Source: an uncultured delta proteobacterium
GTDB taxonomy: Bacteria; Bdellovibrionota; FAC87; UBA2466
Reading direction: 5' to 3'
DNA: 64,000 nucleotides
Assembly (NCBI GenBank): GCA_963778115.1
Contig: CAVZSV010000004.1
Coordinates: 832,001-896,000 of the forward strand
In this document: piece after piece, positions 21,153 through 32,984 of the stretch
Numbering within the stretch: the first letter of the stretch is position 1
Layout of the letters: each line of letters starts with the position of its first letter
Position numbers and translations under genes: made by a program
The notes under the pieces: generated by a model
The model's input: the letters and a program-made list of their open reading frames with translations, nothing else
What the model was told of the DNA's origin: nothing
The model's database searches: none

Positions 21153-21338
21153 TTAAGCCTCCAGCTCTTTCATCTCCACCAAATGGGGGACCTTAGCCAC
21201 CATTCCGCGAATTGAACCGTGATCATTATAGACGCGAACGTCATTTAGCTTTCTAAGCGCCAAAGTACGAACAATGACGCGCATCCACTCAGGAGTGCCA
21301 ATAACACTTCGAACTAATTTCACTTGAAGCTTTTTCAT
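21153..21338 (-). CDS. rpmD: 50S ribosomal protein L30
   Basis: KLVRSVIG...IRGMVAKVPHLV; position between rpsE and rplO. Confidence 0.93.
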   Translation of the reverse strand: MKKLQVKLVRSVIGTPEWMRVIVRTLALRKLNDVRVYNDHGSIRGMVAKVPHLVEMKELEA

Positions 21339-21353
21339 AGAACCCAATTCTTC

Positions 21354-21860
21354 TTAGTGAGCCAGCGGTTCGTCCGCGGCTCGTTCTCTTTGTACATCTT
21401 CAGGATTTCTCAATCCACGCAACCCGTTCAGCGTCGCTCTTACCAAGTTATGAGGATTATTAGTCCCAAATGACTTCGTTAAGGCGTTGCGAATACCGGC
21501 GACTTCCAAAACGGCTCGACAGGCTCCGCCCGCAATAATACCCGTTCCGTCGTTGGCTGGCATCAATAGAACCTGAGCGGCTCCATACTTTCCCAAAATC
21601 TGATGGGGAAACGTTCCGTTCATCAGCGGAATGGCTAATAGATTTTTTCGGGCCGACTCTCCCGCTTTACGGATAGCTTCCGGCACCTCTCGGGCTTTGC
21701 CCAAACCGACTCCGACATGTCCTCCGTTATCGCCGACAACGACGATGACACTAAAACTAAAACGCCGACCGCCCTTGACTACTTTGGCAACACGGTTGAT
21801 GTGAACAATTCTCTCCGCCAGATCGAGATCGTTAGGATTGGCTCTTCGTGCTTCGTTCAT
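21354..21860 (-). CDS. rpsE: 30S ribosomal protein S5
   Basis: [16 protein letters not shown]. Confidence 0.98.
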   Translation of the reverse strand: MNEARRANPNDLDLAERIVHINRVAKVVKGGRRFSFSVIVVVGDNGGHVGVGLGKAREVPEAIRKAGESARKNLLAIPLMNGTFPHQILGKYGAAQVLLMPANDGTGIIAGGACRAVLEVAGIRNALTKSFGTNNPHNLVRATLNGLRGLRNPEDVQRERAADEPLAH

Positions 21861-22243
21861 TAGAAATTAAGACCTGCCTCTCTTGCTCCATCGGCGACGG
21901 CTTTAATACGCCCATGATAATTGTAGCCGTTTCGGTCAAAGACCACTCGATCGACTTTGCTTTCCAATGCTCTTTTTCCAATGAGCTTTCCTAGCTCCTT
22001 GGCCGATTCTAAATTTTTCTTAACACCCTTGCCTGGAAACGCTTTTTCCATCGTACTTGCTTGCACGAGAGTGTGAGCTTTCAGGTCGTCAATGATCTGG
22101 GCGTACATAAATTTGTTACTGCGGTAGACCACCAATCGTGCGATCAGTCCTTTTTGGGAACTGAGTTTCTTGGTAATTCGAGACTTCTTTCGGAAGCGAA
22201 TCACTTGTCGCTGATTAGTATGGGGTCGAATTAGCTTAGCCAT
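21860..22243 (-). CDS. rplR: 50S ribosomal protein L18
   Basis: [26 protein letters not shown]. Confidence 0.97.
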   Translation of the reverse strand: MAKLIRPHTNQRQVIRFRKKSRITKKLSSQKGLIARLVVYRSNKFMYAQIIDDLKAHTLVQASTMEKAFPGKGVKKNLESAKELGKLIGKRALESKVDRVVFDRNGYNYHGRIKAVADGAREAGLNF

Positions 22244-22247
22244 GACG

Positions 22248-22799
22248 TTACTTCGCGCCTCCTGCACCGGCGGTCTTACCCTGCTTCAAGGTAATGACTT
22301 CACCGAGATAACGAATACCTTTTCCCTTATACGGCTCCGGAGGTCTGACCTTTCTGAGCTTCGCGGCAATAAGCCCTAGTAACTCCTTGTCCGCGCCTTT
22401 AAGTGTGATCTTGGTATTGGCATCCACGGTAGCCTGAATACCCGCGGGTAAAGGAAATTCGACGGGATGAGAAAAACCAAGCTGCATCGTGAGCTTGCTT
22501 CCCTGGGCCTGGGCACGATAACCGACGCCTTGGAGTTCCAACTCTTTGGTGTAACCCTGACTTACGCCAAGGACCATGTTGGAAATCAAAGTACGGCAGA
22601 GGCCGTGGAGTGACCGCTTAGTGTCGTCCTGTGAAAGGTTGATGACGTTAACTTCCTCACCCTTTACTTCGACAGATACGGAAGTGGGCAACGCCTTTTT
22701 TAGCGTGCCATTCTTTCCCCCAACTTCGACAAAAGGAGCTTTAAAGCTGACCTTAACGCCTTGCGGGAGCTTTATCGGTTTTTTTCCAACTCTAGACAT
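22248..22799 (-). CDS. rplF: 50S ribosomal protein L6
   Basis: MSRVGKKPI, RPPEPYKGKGIRY. Confidence 0.97.
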   Translation of the reverse strand: MSRVGKKPIKLPQGVKVSFKAPFVEVGGKNGTLKKALPTSVSVEVKGEEVNVINLSQDDTKRSLHGLCRTLISNMVLGVSQGYTKELELQGVGYRAQAQGSKLTMQLGFSHPVEFPLPAGIQATVDANTKITLKGADKELLGLIAAKLRKVRPPEPYKGKGIRYLGEVITLKQGKTAGAGGAK

Positions 22800-22806
22800 G
22801 AAATCC

Positions 22807-23202
22807 TCACCAAATCGAACAAAGCAGTTCGCCACCCAGTTTGTTTTCTCTAGCCAAATTATCCGACATCACCCCTTTGGAGGTGGAGACGATGGCAACG
22901 CCGATACCGCCTAAGATTTTAGGAATCTTGGTGTAAGGAGCATAAACCCGACAACTGGGCTTACTGATTCGCTTGATCCCTTGAATGACAGGACGACCCT
23001 TGCCCGCATACTTTAGATAGATGCGCAGGACGCCCTTATCATTTTCACGGAACAACTTATAGTTGCGAATGAAACCGTCTCGCTTCCAAATATCGACGAT
23101 AGACACCTTCATTTGAGATGCCGGCATATCGACTTTACGCTGACGCGCTTTGGTTGCGTTTCTTACTCTCGTCAATAAATCACTGATAGGATCGGTCGTC
23201 AT
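22807..23202 (-). CDS. rpsH: 30S ribosomal protein S8
   Basis: DPISDLLTRVRN, STSKGVMS, GGELLC. Confidence 0.97.
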   Translation of the reverse strand: MTTDPISDLLTRVRNATKARQRKVDMPASQMKVSIVDIWKRDGFIRNYKLFRENDKGVLRIYLKYAGKGRPVIQGIKRISKPSCRVYAPYTKIPKILGGIGVAIVSTSKGVMSDNLARENKLGGELLCSIW

Positions 23203-23224
23203 AATCACTCTCTCAAAAACTAAC

Positions 23225-23419
23225 TTACCAACTGGCCTTAATGACCCCGGGGATCGATCCCTCGAGGGCTAATTTACGAAAACAGAGACGGCAAAGATGA
23301 AACTTCCGCAGGAAAGCCCTGGCACGACCACAACGGGGACAACGGTTATACCTTTGCGTTTTGAACTTCGGATTCTTAAGCTTTCGTGCAGCACTTACTC
23401 TCTTAGAGGTCTTAGCCAT
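23225..23419 (-). CDS. rpsN: 30S ribosomal protein S14 (short Zn-binding type)
   Basis: RCPRCGR...LCRLCFR. Confidence 0.96.
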   Translation of the reverse strand: MAKTSKRVSAARKLKNPKFKTQRYNRCPRCGRARAFLRKFHLCRLCFRKLALEGSIPGVIKASW

Positions 23420-23440
23420 TCTCTATTCCCTTCGCTCCCT

Positions 23441-23989
23441 TTATTTCTTCCGGAACGGGATCCCCATCTTCTCTAGAAGTTGGTACCCTTCCTTGTCCGT
23501 CAAAGCAGAGGTGGCAAAAATCACGTTCATGCCACGCATTTTGTCTACTTTGTCGTAATTGATTTCAGGAAAAATAATCTGTTCTTTGAGTCCCATCGCA
23601 TAATTGCCTTTTCCATCGAATCCGGTCGGCGAAAGGCCACGGAAGTCTCGAACACGAGGCAAAGCGACGTTGGTCAAACGATCCAAAAATTCGTACATCC
23701 GCGGGCCGCGCAGCGTGGCAATACAGCCTAGCGGCATCCCCTCACGAAGCTTAAAAGCCGCAATCGACTTTTTGGCGCGAGTCATCTTAGGCTTTTGGCC
23801 GGTGATCATGGAGACTTCTTCCATGGCCCGTTCCATCACTTTGATATCGGAGGTGGCCTCTTTCAGGCACATGCTCACAATGATCTTTTTAAGACGGGGA
23901 CACTGCATGGGATTGCCGTAATTGAACTCCTTCATGAGTTCCGGAACGACCTTCTTATGATAATGCTCTAAAAGCCTTGGTTTAGTCAT
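23441..23989 (-). CDS. rplE: 50S ribosomal protein L5
   Basis: ITGQKP, ALPRVRDFRG, EQIIFPEI. Confidence 0.98.
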   Translation of the reverse strand: MTKPRLLEHYHKKVVPELMKEFNYGNPMQCPRLKKIIVSMCLKEATSDIKVMERAMEEVSMITGQKPKMTRAKKSIAAFKLREGMPLGCIATLRGPRMYEFLDRLTNVALPRVRDFRGLSPTGFDGKGNYAMGLKEQIIFPEINYDKVDKMRGMNVIFATSALTDKEGYQLLEKMGIPFRKK

Positions 23990-24038
23990 TTGATAACCTG
24001 TCTATAACTCAGCGTAATTCTTAATTTATTTACTCACA

Positions 24039-24368
24039 CTACTTATCGAGTTGAGTCTCGCATTTCCTGCAGACTCGAACCTTCTTGCCACCGTCGGAAA
24101 CTTTTCTCATGGTCCGCACTCCGCGTCCACATTTTTCACAGAACAACAATACGTTACAGGCATAAACGGGGGCCTCTTTTTCGACAATTCCACCCGGAGT
24201 TTGACCCGTGGGCTTGGTATGGCGCTTCACCATATTCAGCTTTTCGATAACGACTTGTCCCTTCTTGTGGTTCACACGAAGGACTTTCCCGGTCTTGCCC
24301 TTTTCCTTACCGAGCATGACCTGAACCAAATCCTTTTTCTTTAAATGGCTAACGGGATTGAGCTGCAT
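24039..24368 (-). CDS. rplX: 50S ribosomal protein L24
   Basis: GKEKGKTGKV, GGIVEKEAP. Confidence 0.96.
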   Translation of the reverse strand: MQLNPVSHLKKKDLVQVMLGKEKGKTGKVLRVNHKKGQVVIEKLNMVKRHTKPTGQTPGGIVEKEAPVYACNVLLFCEKCGRGVRTMRKVSDGGKKVRVCRKCETQLDK

Positions 24369-24745
24369 TACAGCACCTCCGGCGCTAGCGAGATGATTTT
24401 CATGTAACCGTCTTTGGAAGGAACCCGAAGCTCTCTGGCGATGGGCCCAAAGATACGCGTTCCAATCGGTTCCATGTTGTTGTTCAGTAGGACCGCGGCG
24501 TTATCATCAAAACGAATGTAGGAGCCATCGGCACGCGAAACCTCTTTCTTGGTTCGCACTACCACCGCCTTAGCTACACTCCCCTTCTTCACTTTTGAAG
24601 TAGGAAGCGCATCCTTGACGGAGACCACGATCACATCACCCAAAGAAGCATATCGACGTTTGGATCCTCCGAGTACTTTGAAGCACATAACCTGCTTGGC
24701 ACCCGAATTATCAGCCACCGTCAAATAACTAAAAGACTGAATCAT
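24368..24745 (-). CDS. rplN: 50S ribosomal protein L14
   Basis: [30 protein letters not shown]. Confidence 0.98.
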   Translation of the reverse strand: MIQSFSYLTVADNSGAKQVMCFKVLGGSKRRYASLGDVIVVSVKDALPTSKVKKGSVAKAVVVRTKKEVSRADGSYIRFDDNAAVLLNNNMEPIGTRIFGPIARELRVPSKDGYMKIISLAPEVL

Positions 24746-25029
24746 GACGTTACCCTTTTTTCCAAAATCTTATGCAGTCGGAAATTCTTATGTCGGGACA
24801 AAGGACGTGTCGATACGGCAACCACGCGATCCCCCGTCTTACTTTCATTTTTCTCATCGTGAATGAAGAAGGTCGACTTTCTTACCAAACTCTTGCCGTA
24901 AAGACCATGCTTGACCCGACGCTTCGTCTCAATGACGCGAGTCTTGTTCATCTTATCGCTAATCACGACACCCTCGACCGTTCGGGGCTGCTTTCTTGTG
25001 GCCGTTTCGGCCGCTGTAGTCGTCGTCAT
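24742..25029 (-). CDS. rpsQ: 30S ribosomal protein S17
   Basis: [19 protein letters not shown]. Confidence 0.96.
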   Translation of the reverse strand: MTTTTAAETATRKQPRTVEGVVISDKMNKTRVIETKRRVKHGLYGKSLVRKSTFFIHDEKNESKTGDRVVAVSTRPLSRHKNFRLHKILEKRVTS

Positions 25030-25400
25030 TTCTTCTCACCTTCCTGGCGTTTCTTCGACCTCTTCACAGGCTTGTCGGCTACGACTTTGTCTTCCACGGG
25101 TTTGTCACTGACCGAAGAGGCTTCGGCTTTGGGAGCCCGCTCTGACTTGGGCGCTTTCGCCCGTTTTGGTTCAGCCGGTGTTGTGGACACGGGAATAGAA
25201 GTCTCAGTACCCAATGCCACTTTTTGGTTCAACACGGTGAGACCGCGAGCAATATCTCTGCGAAGTTTCCTTAGTATGCTCGTATCCTTGGTCTCTGAAC
25301 TCTGGGTCTTAAATTTGGAGCGAAATAGCTCTTCTCTCCATTGATGAACTCGACTCTTGAGCTCTTCTACCGAAAAATTCTTTAGTTCTTTGGCATCCAT
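25026..25400 (-). CDS. rpmC: 50S ribosomal protein L29 with C-terminal extension
   Basis: LRKLRRDIARGLTVLNQ; position between rplP and rpsQ. Confidence 0.92.
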   Translation of the reverse strand: MDAKELKNFSVEELKSRVHQWREELFRSKFKTQSSETKDTSILRKLRRDIARGLTVLNQKVALGTETSIPVSTTPAEPKRAKAPKSERAPKAEASSVSDKPVEDKVVADKPVKRSKKRQEGEKK

Positions 25401-25817
25401 TTAGAGCGTGACTCCTCGCTGAATGATTTTCGTCTTCACCGGCAACTTATGAGCCGCCAGAGTCAAGGCCTCGGTAGCCACCGCAAGAGGAACTCCTTCT
25501 AGCTCGAATAGAATTCTCCCCGGCTTAATGACCGCTGCCCAATATTCCGGAGCTCCCTTTCCTCCCCCTTGCCGGGTCTCGGCAGGCTTCTTGGACATGG
25601 GTTTGTCCGGAAAGATACGAATAAACATCTTTCCTACTTTTTTGGCGTGACGGGCAATGGCAACACGACTGGCTTCGATCTGCTTCGAGCTAATACGTCC
25701 GCATTCCACCGCCTGCAAACCAAATTCACCAAAGGCCAAGTCGGAACCACGATGGGCTTTTCCGCGCATCCGGCCCTTTTGTACTCGTCTATATTTGACT
25801 CTTTTTGGACTAAGCAT
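25401..25817 (-). CDS. rplP: 50S ribosomal protein L16
   Basis: [25 protein letters not shown]. Confidence 0.98.
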   Translation of the reverse strand: MLSPKRVKYRRVQKGRMRGKAHRGSDLAFGEFGLQAVECGRISSKQIEASRVAIARHAKKVGKMFIRIFPDKPMSKKPAETRQGGGKGAPEYWAAVIKPGRILFELEGVPLAVATEALTLAAHKLPVKTKIIQRGVTL

Positions 25818-25852
25818 AATTCAAACTCTTCACGTTACGATCTGGTTGACGA

Positions 25853-26514
25853 TCAACGGTCCTGTGCCTCGTTTTGCACAGGTAGTTTCCTTTCGATCAA
25901 TAATCCTTTGTAGACCCAAACCTTAATTCCAATCTGCCCATACGTCGTATAGGCTTCGGTGAATCCATAATCGATGTCGGCACGAAGCGTATGCAAGGGA
26001 ACACTTCCCTCGGCGTAACGTTCGGTCCGCGCAATTTCGGCACCCCCTAAACGTCCCGCACATTGGATTTTGATTCCCAGCACTCCGAACTTAAATGCCT
26101 GGCTCATGGCCTTTTTCATGGCTCGCCGGAAAGCTACCCGTTTCTCCAATTGATCCGCGATATTTTCCGCGATCAACTGAGCGTCGGCTTCGGCTTTGCG
26201 AACCTCTAAAATGTTGATAAACACCTCGGACTTCGACAGCTTTTGCGTTTCTGCACGAAGCTGATCAATACCGGTCCCTTTTTTCCCGATCACAATTCCA
26301 GGTCGGGCGGTGAAAATATTTATCTTTGCTTTGTTGGCCACACGTTCGATTTCGATCTTCGAGACTCCTGCATGACGAACTTCTTCTTAAGAAAGTCACG
26401 AAACTTCAAGTCTTCATGTAGAAAGCGAACATAATCTTTCTCACTGAACCAACGAGAGTTCCAAGTCTTGTTCACTCCCAAACGAAAACCTATCGGATGT
26501 GTTTTCTGTCCCAC
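25853..26514 (-). CDS. rpsC: 30S ribosomal protein S3 (frameshifted)
   Basis: [12 protein letters not shown] plus [11 protein letters not shown]...[12 protein letters not shown] in two ORFs. Confidence 0.93.
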
Positions 26515-26536
26515 GGTTACATGCCTTCCTTAATCA

Positions 26537-26869
26537 TTATCGGGCCTCGTCCAAAATTACAATTACATGACTCATTTTTTTTCGAACTTTAGTGGCTCTT
26601 CCCATCGCTCGGGGAATAAACCGCTTCAGCATCGGACCATCTTCGACTACGACACGTTTCACATAGAAATTATCCATGTCCATCCCGCCTTTTTCGCGTG
26701 CATTGGCGATGGCGGAGTCCAACAATGTGGAAATTATCTTGCTACCGCGCCTAGGACAAACCCCCAACTGATAATGAGCCTGCTCTACTGGCATTCCTTT
26801 GCAAAGGTCGCGACCAGCGCATTTTCGCGGCGTAATCCTTGCGTACATTAACGTTGCCCTAGCCTCCAT
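26537..26869 (-). CDS. rplV: 50S ribosomal protein L22
   Basis: SAIANA, KRFIPRAMGRA. The segment PRKCAGRD looks locally garbled by indels. Confidence 0.93.
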   Translation of the reverse strand: MEARATLMYARITPRKCAGRDLCKGMPVEQAHYQLGVCPRRGSKIISTLLDSAIANAREKGGMDMDNFYVKRVVVEDGPMLKRFIPRAMGRATKVRKKMSHVIVILDEAR

Positions 26870-26870
26870 T

Positions 26871-27157
26871 TTATTTTTCCTCTTCCACTTTGGTCTTGCG
26901 GTCGCCCGAGTGGGCTATAAAGTGCGAGTGGAGGCAAACTCACCTAACTTGTGTCCGACCATGTTTTCGGAAATGAACACCGGAAAAATTTGCTGCCGTT
27001 GTGAACAGCCACCGTCAGTCCCACCAACTCCGGGAACGACGGTAGAGCGACGTGACCAGGTCTTAATGACTTTCTTGTCACCTTGGCCCTGCGATCTTTC
27101 CGTCTTCTTCACAAGGTGGGGTGCCACATAAGGCCCCTTTTTAATAGAACGTGCCAT
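26871..27157 (-). CDS. rpsS: 30S ribosomal protein S19 (frameshifted)
   Basis: [28 protein letters not shown]. Confidence 0.92.
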
Positions 27158-27160
27158 AAG

Positions 27161-27987
27161 CTACTTTCTCCTCCTGATAATGAATCTGTCGGTTCTTTTG
27201 TGTTGCGGGTCTTTTTCCCTTTGCGTTTTCTTTCCCCAAGGCGTCACCGGATGACGACCTCCCGAGGTTTTTCCTTCACCACCACCCAAAGGATGGTCGA
27301 CAGGATTCATCGAAACACCCCGGTTATGAGGCCTGAAGCCCAACCAACGCATACGGCCCGCTTTACCCATAACGATATTCTCGTGTTCTAAATTTCCGAC
27401 TTGGCCCTACGGTGGCCCAGCATCTATTGTTCACAATACGAATTTCACCAGAGGGCATACGAAGCTGGGCGTGGCCGCCTTCAAACCCTACGAGCTGCAC
27501 CATAGCACCCGCACTGCGAGCCAATTTCCCGCCTGCACCAAGCTTAATTTCAATATTGTGCAGACTGGTACCAGCCGGAATGTTTTTCATCGGAAGCGCA
27601 TTGCCAATTTGGATGTCGGCCTTATCCGAAGCCACGATATTCGTCGCCTACTTTTAGCCCAACCGGAGCCAAGAATATAACGCTTCTCGCCATCTTTATA
27701 ATGGATGAGGGCAGATTCGAGCGGTACGGTTAGGATCGTATTCAAGGGCGGCAACCTTCCCGACGATTTCCAACTTATCTCGACGAAAATCAACCATACG
27801 ATAATTTGCGTTTGTGCCCGCCCCCACGAAATCGCGAGGTGATACGGCCATAGGTATTTCGTCCGCCCGTCGAATTTTTCGATTCTATCAAGCGCCTCTC
27901 CGGCCGCTTTTCTGGGAGTTCAGAGAAATCAGCTGAAGTGATAAATCGTCGGGAAGGAGTTGTGGGTTTAAAAACTTTAGTAGACAT
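27161..27987 (-). CDS. rplB: 50S ribosomal protein L2 (multiple frameshifts)
   Basis: [21 protein letters not shown] and [14 protein letters not shown] spread over several ORFs. Confidence 0.93.
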
Positions 27988-27989
27988 TA

Positions 27990-28270
27990 TCAACTTGCGA
28001 CAAATTCAAATTTGTCGCCCTCCTTCAGTTTCACAATGGCTTTCTTCCAGAGTTTGCGTGGTCCCGGCGCGCGCCCCAAACTTGCGAGCTTCACGACGAT
28101 TAATCATCGTATTGACGCGGACGACTTTCACGCCGAACAACTTCTCGATCGCTTTCTTTAATTTCACTGCGATTCGCTCGGAGATCCACTTCGAATGCAT
28201 ACTCATTGAGAGACGAGTTATGCAGAGTATTTTTCTCGGTAACGAGCGGGCGCTTAATAATATCAAACAT
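27990..28270 (-). CDS. rplW: 50S ribosomal protein L23 (frameshifted)
   Basis: [13 protein letters not shown] start; [17 protein letters not shown]. Confidence 0.88.
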
Positions 28271-28901
28271 GAGTCAAACGCTCCGTTAGCTTCTGAGCCG
28301 CTTTCTTGCTCAGAACTAGATTCTTAAACTTCAGAACATCGAAGACATTGACTCCTTCGGGCCGCAAGAAACTTCAGGAACGTAATATTTTTAATACTCT
28401 GGTTAAACCGCTTTTCTTTGTCGTCATCCGCCCTGTTGACGACAAGGGCAGACTTCAATTCAAAGGCTTTGAAGCTTTTGGAAATTTGGCTGGTGCTAAT
28501 CTTCTCTAACACCATCTTATCCAAAACGAAAAGACGATCCTCTTTCTGATTTAAAGAGATGGCGGAAATAAGAGCCGCTCTCATCGCCTTCTTGTTGATC
28601 TTATGAACAACGCGACGAGGTTTCGGGCCGTGGGCTTTACCACCCCCCACAAAGATAGGAGCTTTCTTATCTCCGTGACGGGCCTGACCGGTACCTTTTT
28701 GGCGGTACATTTTCTTTCCCGTTCCGTGAACTTCCGTTCGGGTCGAGAATTGGCCGTCCTATATTCGTGGCGCCACGCTATCTGAGCTCGGACGGCGTCA
28801 TTTAAGAGATGAGGACGTACCTCACCCGCAAATACGACATCGCTCAAATCGACGTTGCCGACTTTCTTTTTGTTCAAATCATATAGTGGCAATGACGGCA
28901 T
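28263..28901 (-). CDS. rplD: 50S ribosomal protein L4 (frameshifted)
   Basis: RQKGTGQARHG, GGGKAHGPKPR. Confidence 0.92.
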
Positions 28902-28907
28902 AATTCC

Positions 28908-29216
28908 TCACAGCGTAATAGTAACGTCGATACCGGCCGAAAGATCCAACTTCATCAACGAATCAATCGTGTGCTGTGTCGGCTCTAAAATATCGATTAG
29001 CCGCTTATGAGTGCGGATTTCGAATTGTTCACGTGACTTCTTATCTACGTGAGGCGAGCGCAGCACCGTGTACCGATTAATTTTCGTGGGCAGCGGAATG
29101 GGTCCGGCAACTTTCGCCCCCGTCCTTTTCGCGGTCTCGACAATCTCGGCCACAGACTGGTCCAGCAGTTTAAAATCAAACGCTTTCAGTCTTATGCGAA
29201 TCTTCTGACTTTGCAC
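28908..29216 (-). CDS. rpsJ: 30S ribosomal protein S10
   Basis: [23 protein letters not shown]. Confidence 0.98.
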   Translation of the reverse strand: MQSQKIRIRLKAFDFKLLDQSVAEIVETAKRTGAKVAGPIPLPTKINRYTVLRSPHVDKKSREQFEIRTHKRLIDILEPTQHTIDSLMKLDLSAGIDVTITL

Positions 29217-29218
29217 CG

Positions 29219-30410
29219 TTACTCCACGATCTCCGTAATGACGCCCGCACCCACCGTTCGGCCGCCTTCACGGATAGCAAACCGGACCTCTTTTTCCATG
29301 GCGATGGGGGTAATCAACTCAATTTCCAACTGGACGTTATCACCGGGCATCACCATCTCTACCCCTTTAGGTAAAGTGGCAACTCCCGTTACGTCCGTCG
29401 TTCGGAAGTAAAACTGCGGACGATATCCCGTGAAAAACGGGGTATGCCGGCCGCCCTCTTCCTTCGTCAAAATATAAGCTTCCGTCTTGGCCTTTTTGTG
29501 TGGGGTCACGGTTCCCGCAGCCGCTAATACCTGTCCGCGCTCGACATCTTCTTTATCGATACCGCGTAACAAAATACCTACGTTATCTCCCGCTTCTCCT
29601 TGATCGAGAAGCTTACGGAACATTTCCACACCTGTGACGACCGTCTTCTTCGTGGGCTTAATTCCCACGATCTCGATTTCGTCGTTCACTTTGATGATTC
29701 CGCGCTCAATACGGCCGGTCACTACCGTGCCGCGACCTTGGATACTGAACACGTCTTCAATCGCCATGAGAAACGGCTTGTCTTTGTGAACGTGCCGGAA
29801 GCGGAATGTAGCTATCTAAAGCCTCCACTAGCTTAAAGATAGACTGCTCGCCCAACTCTCCCGTATCGCCTTCCAACGCCTTTAAGGCACTTCCTTTAAT
29901 AATCGGAATCTCGTCGCCGGGGAATTTGTACTTCGATAGCAATTCCCGAACTTCGAGCTCCACCAAATCTAACAACTCTTTGTCATCCACCATGTCTACT
30001 TTGTTCAAGTAGACCACCATGGCGGGAACTCCTACCTGACGGGCTAACAAAATATGCTCTCGGGTCTGAGGCATCGGACCGTCAGCAGCGGACACTACCA
30101 AAATAGCGCCGTCCATCTGGGCCGCACCCGTAATCATGTTCTTCACATAGTCAGCGTGGCCGGGACAGTCGACATGCGCGTAATGGCGCTTTTCACTCTG
30201 GTATTCCTGATGCGAAGTCGCAATCGTGATTCCGCGCTCTTTCTCTTCAGGAGCGTTGTCGATCTGATCGTATCGCTTCGCTTCCGCCCAGCCCTTCTTT
30301 GCCAAGACGTGGGTGATAGCCGCAGTGAGGGTCGTCTTGCCATGATCGACGTGACCGATGGTGCCTACGTTCACATGGGGTTTTGTTCGCTCAAATTTTG
30401 CTTTCGACAT
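29219..30410 (-). CDS. tuf: elongation factor Tu (one frameshift near 29790)
   Basis: GHVDHGKT and [12 protein letters not shown]-terminal [14 protein letters not shown] lies in the second ORF. Confidence 0.96.
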
Positions 30411-32507
30411 CTATTTGCCTCCTGAGACTTTTGCGACAATTTCATTCGCTATATTATTGGGTACCGGTTCGTAGTGACTAAACTCCATTGTGTAGGTCGC
30501 GCGTCCCTGACTCAGCGAGCGTACCTGAGTAGCATAGCCAAACATCTCTGCCAAGGGGACCTCTGCATCAATTACCTGATAAGCCGCTTGAGGCGTCATT
30601 TGCATGATCTTACCGCGGCGTGAATTCAAATCACCGATGACATCGCCCATGTAGTTATCAGGAACGACCACTTCGCACTTCATGATGGGTTCTAGGATGA
30701 TGGGGCCGGCTTTCTTACAACCATCCTTGAAGGCCATGGAAGCAGCGATTTTAAAGGCAATTTCGCTTGAGTCAACATCATGGTACGACCCGTCAGTGAG
30801 ACAGATCTTAAGATCGACCACCGGATAACCCGCCTGAACCCCAGAATCGAGGGCCTCTTTGAGCCCTTTTTCCACGGCAGGGATAAACTCCCGAGGAATG
30901 GTTCCTCCCACGATGGAATTTTCAAATACGAATCCGCTCTTACGAGGAAGGGGTTCGATGGTAATCCAGACATGCCCGTATTGACCACGACCACCAGTCT
31001 GCTTGATATACTTGCCTTCTTGCTCGACCTTTTTGGTAATGGTCTCGCGGTAGGCCACTTGGGGCTTACCCACATTGGCCTCTACCTTAAATTCCCGAAG
31101 AAGCCGGTCCACAATGATTTCCAAATGAAGTTCGCCCATTCCAGAGATAATCGTCTGGTTGGTTTCCGGATCGACTCTTAACTGGAAGCTAGGATCTTCA
31201 ACGGCCAGCTTTTGAAGCGAAACGCCCAGCTTCTCTTGATCCGCTTTGGATTTGGGTTCGATCGCAATCGAAATAACGGGCTGAGGAAAGTGCATCGACT
31301 CGAGCGAGATGGGCTGATTCTCATCACACAGAGAATCTCCGGTCCGAGTATTCTTTAGTCCAACGGCAGCGGCGATATCGCCGGCTTTCACGGTCTTGAT
31401 TTCGATCTGCTTATTGGCGTGCATCTGAAGCAAGCGACCAATACGCTCTTTCTTACCCTGACGAGAGTTCAAAACATACGAGCCGGCGTCGAGCTTTCCC
31501 GAATAGACTCGAAAGAACGTCAGCTGTCCTACGTAAGGATCGGTCAAAATCTTAAACGCCAAAGCACTAAAAGGCGCATCGTTCTCAGCTAGCCGCTCCA
31601 TCGGAGCTTCAGTGGCCGGATCGACACCCTTCACCGGAGGCTTATCCAGTGGCGAAGGAAGATAGTAGATAACGGCGTCCAATAAAGGTTGTAGCCCCTT
31701 GTTCTTAAACGCAGTCCCACAAAAGGTGGGGACGATCTTCAAATTCAAACAGGCTTTACGAGCCGCTTTGCGAATTTCGTCAGTGGTAATTTCAACGCCA
31801 TCCAAAAACTTATGAAGGATGTTTTCGTCTTCTTCGGCAACGGCGTCGATGAGTTTTTCGCGAAGTGCCTTGCACTTGTCTTTTAATCCTGCGGGAATCT
31901 CTTCAATACGGTATTGGTCACCCGAACCACCGTCTAGATCCCAGAGCAAAGCTTTCTGTTCAATAATATCGACCACCCCCATAAACTTATCTTCAGCTCC
32001 GACAGGATATTGGAACGCAATGGGTTTAGCGGCCAGCTTATCAATGATGGACTGAACGCTCTTGTCGAAATTAGCCCCCACTCGATCCATCTTATTAAGG
32101 AAGCACAGACGAGGAACACCATAACGATTCGCTTGGCGCCACACCGTTTCCGACTGGGGTTGAACACCGGCAACGGCGTCAAAAACGACAACCGCACCGT
32201 CCAGCACGCGAAGGCTTCGTTCTACTTCAATGGTGAAGTCCACGTGGCCAGGAGTATCAATGATGTTAAAGCGGCAGTCTTTCCAGAAGCAAGTCGTAGC
32301 AGCCGAGGTGATCGTGATACCGCGTTCGCGCTCTTGCGGCATGTAATCCATGACGGTATCTCCGTCATGAACTTCACCAATTTTATGAGTCACGCCAGTA
32401 TAATAAAGGATACGCTCGGTACAGGTGGTTTTACCCGCATCGATATGGGCGACGATGCCCATGTTCCGCAATTTTCGAAGATCTGTAATTTCTCGTTGCT
32501 CAGCCAT
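30411..32507 (-). CDS. fusA: elongation factor G
   Basis: [26 protein letters not shown]. Confidence 0.98.
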   Translation of the reverse strand: MAEQREITDLRKLRNMGIVAHIDAGKTTCTERILYYTGVTHKIGEVHDGDTVMDYMPQERERGITITSAATTCFWKDCRFNIIDTPGHVDFTIEVERSLRVLDGAVVVFDAVAGVQPQSETVWRQANRYGVPRLCFLNKMDRVGANFDKSVQSIIDKLAAKPIAFQYPVGAEDKFMGVVDIIEQKALLWDLDGGSGDQYRIEEIPAGLKDKCKALREKLIDAVAEEDENILHKFLDGVEITTDEIRKAARKACLNLKIVPTFCGTAFKNKGLQPLLDAVIYYLPSPLDKPPVKGVDPATEAPMERLAENDAPFSALAFKILTDPYVGQLTFFRVYSGKLDAGSYVLNSRQGKKERIGRLLQMHANKQIEIKTVKAGDIAAAVGLKNTRTGDSLCDENQPISLESMHFPQPVISIAIEPKSKADQEKLGVSLQKLAVEDPSFQLRVDPETNQTIISGMGELHLEIIVDRLLREFKVEANVGKPQVAYRETITKKVEQEGKYIKQTGGRGQYGHVWITIEPLPRKSGFVFENSIVGGTIPREFIPAVEKGLKEALDSGVQAGYPVVDLKICLTDGSYHDVDSSEIAFKIAASMAFKDGCKKAGPIILEPIMKCEVVVPDNYMGDVIGDLNSRRGKIMQMTPQAAYQVIDAEVPLAEMFGYATQVRSLSQGRATYTMEFSHYEPVPNNIANEIVAKVSGGK

Positions 32508-32513
32508 GTTGTC

Positions 32514-32984
32514 CTACCAACGGTAATGGGCGAAAGCTTTATTCGCTTCCGCCATACGGTGTACGTCTTCTCGTTTTTTAACGGACTCACCGCGATTCTC
32601 AGCCGCATCAAAGAGTTCGGCCGCGAGATTGTCCATCATCGATGCGCCTTTGCGGGCTTTCGCATAAACGGTGATCCATCGAAGGGCTAGCGAATTGCGA
32701 CGCTCGGGACGCACCTCTACGGGCACCTGGTACGTGGAGCCGCCTACCCGACGAGACTTGACCTCAACCGCCGGACGAACATTAGAAAGGGCCTTCTTAA
32801 AAACTTTTAACGGATCATCCTTGGTCTTCTGATGAATGACTTCAAGAGCTCCGTACACGATCTTTTCGGAAGTACTTTTCTTACCCCCGAACATCAACGT
32901 GTGAATAAACTTGGTAACCAGCTTCTCACTATATTTGGAATCCGGCACAATATCGCGAACCGGCGTATGACCTCTTCTAGGCAT
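32514..32984 (-). CDS. rpsG: 30S ribosomal protein S7
   Basis: [24 protein letters not shown]. Confidence 0.98.
   Translation of the reverse strand: MPRRGHTPVRDIVPDSKYSEKLVTKFIHTLMFGGKKSTSEKIVYGALEVIHQKTKDDPLKVFKKALSNVRPAVEVKSRRVGGSTYQVPVEVRPERRNSLALRWITVYAKARKGASMMDNLAAELFDAAENRGESVKKREDVHRMAEANKAFAHYRW

Noticed and set aside
15917..29800. Programmed frameshifting or real pseudogenisation of ribosomal genes
   Set aside because: Many scattered indels in essential genes, clustered in two patches with no common slippery motif; sequence error is far simpler
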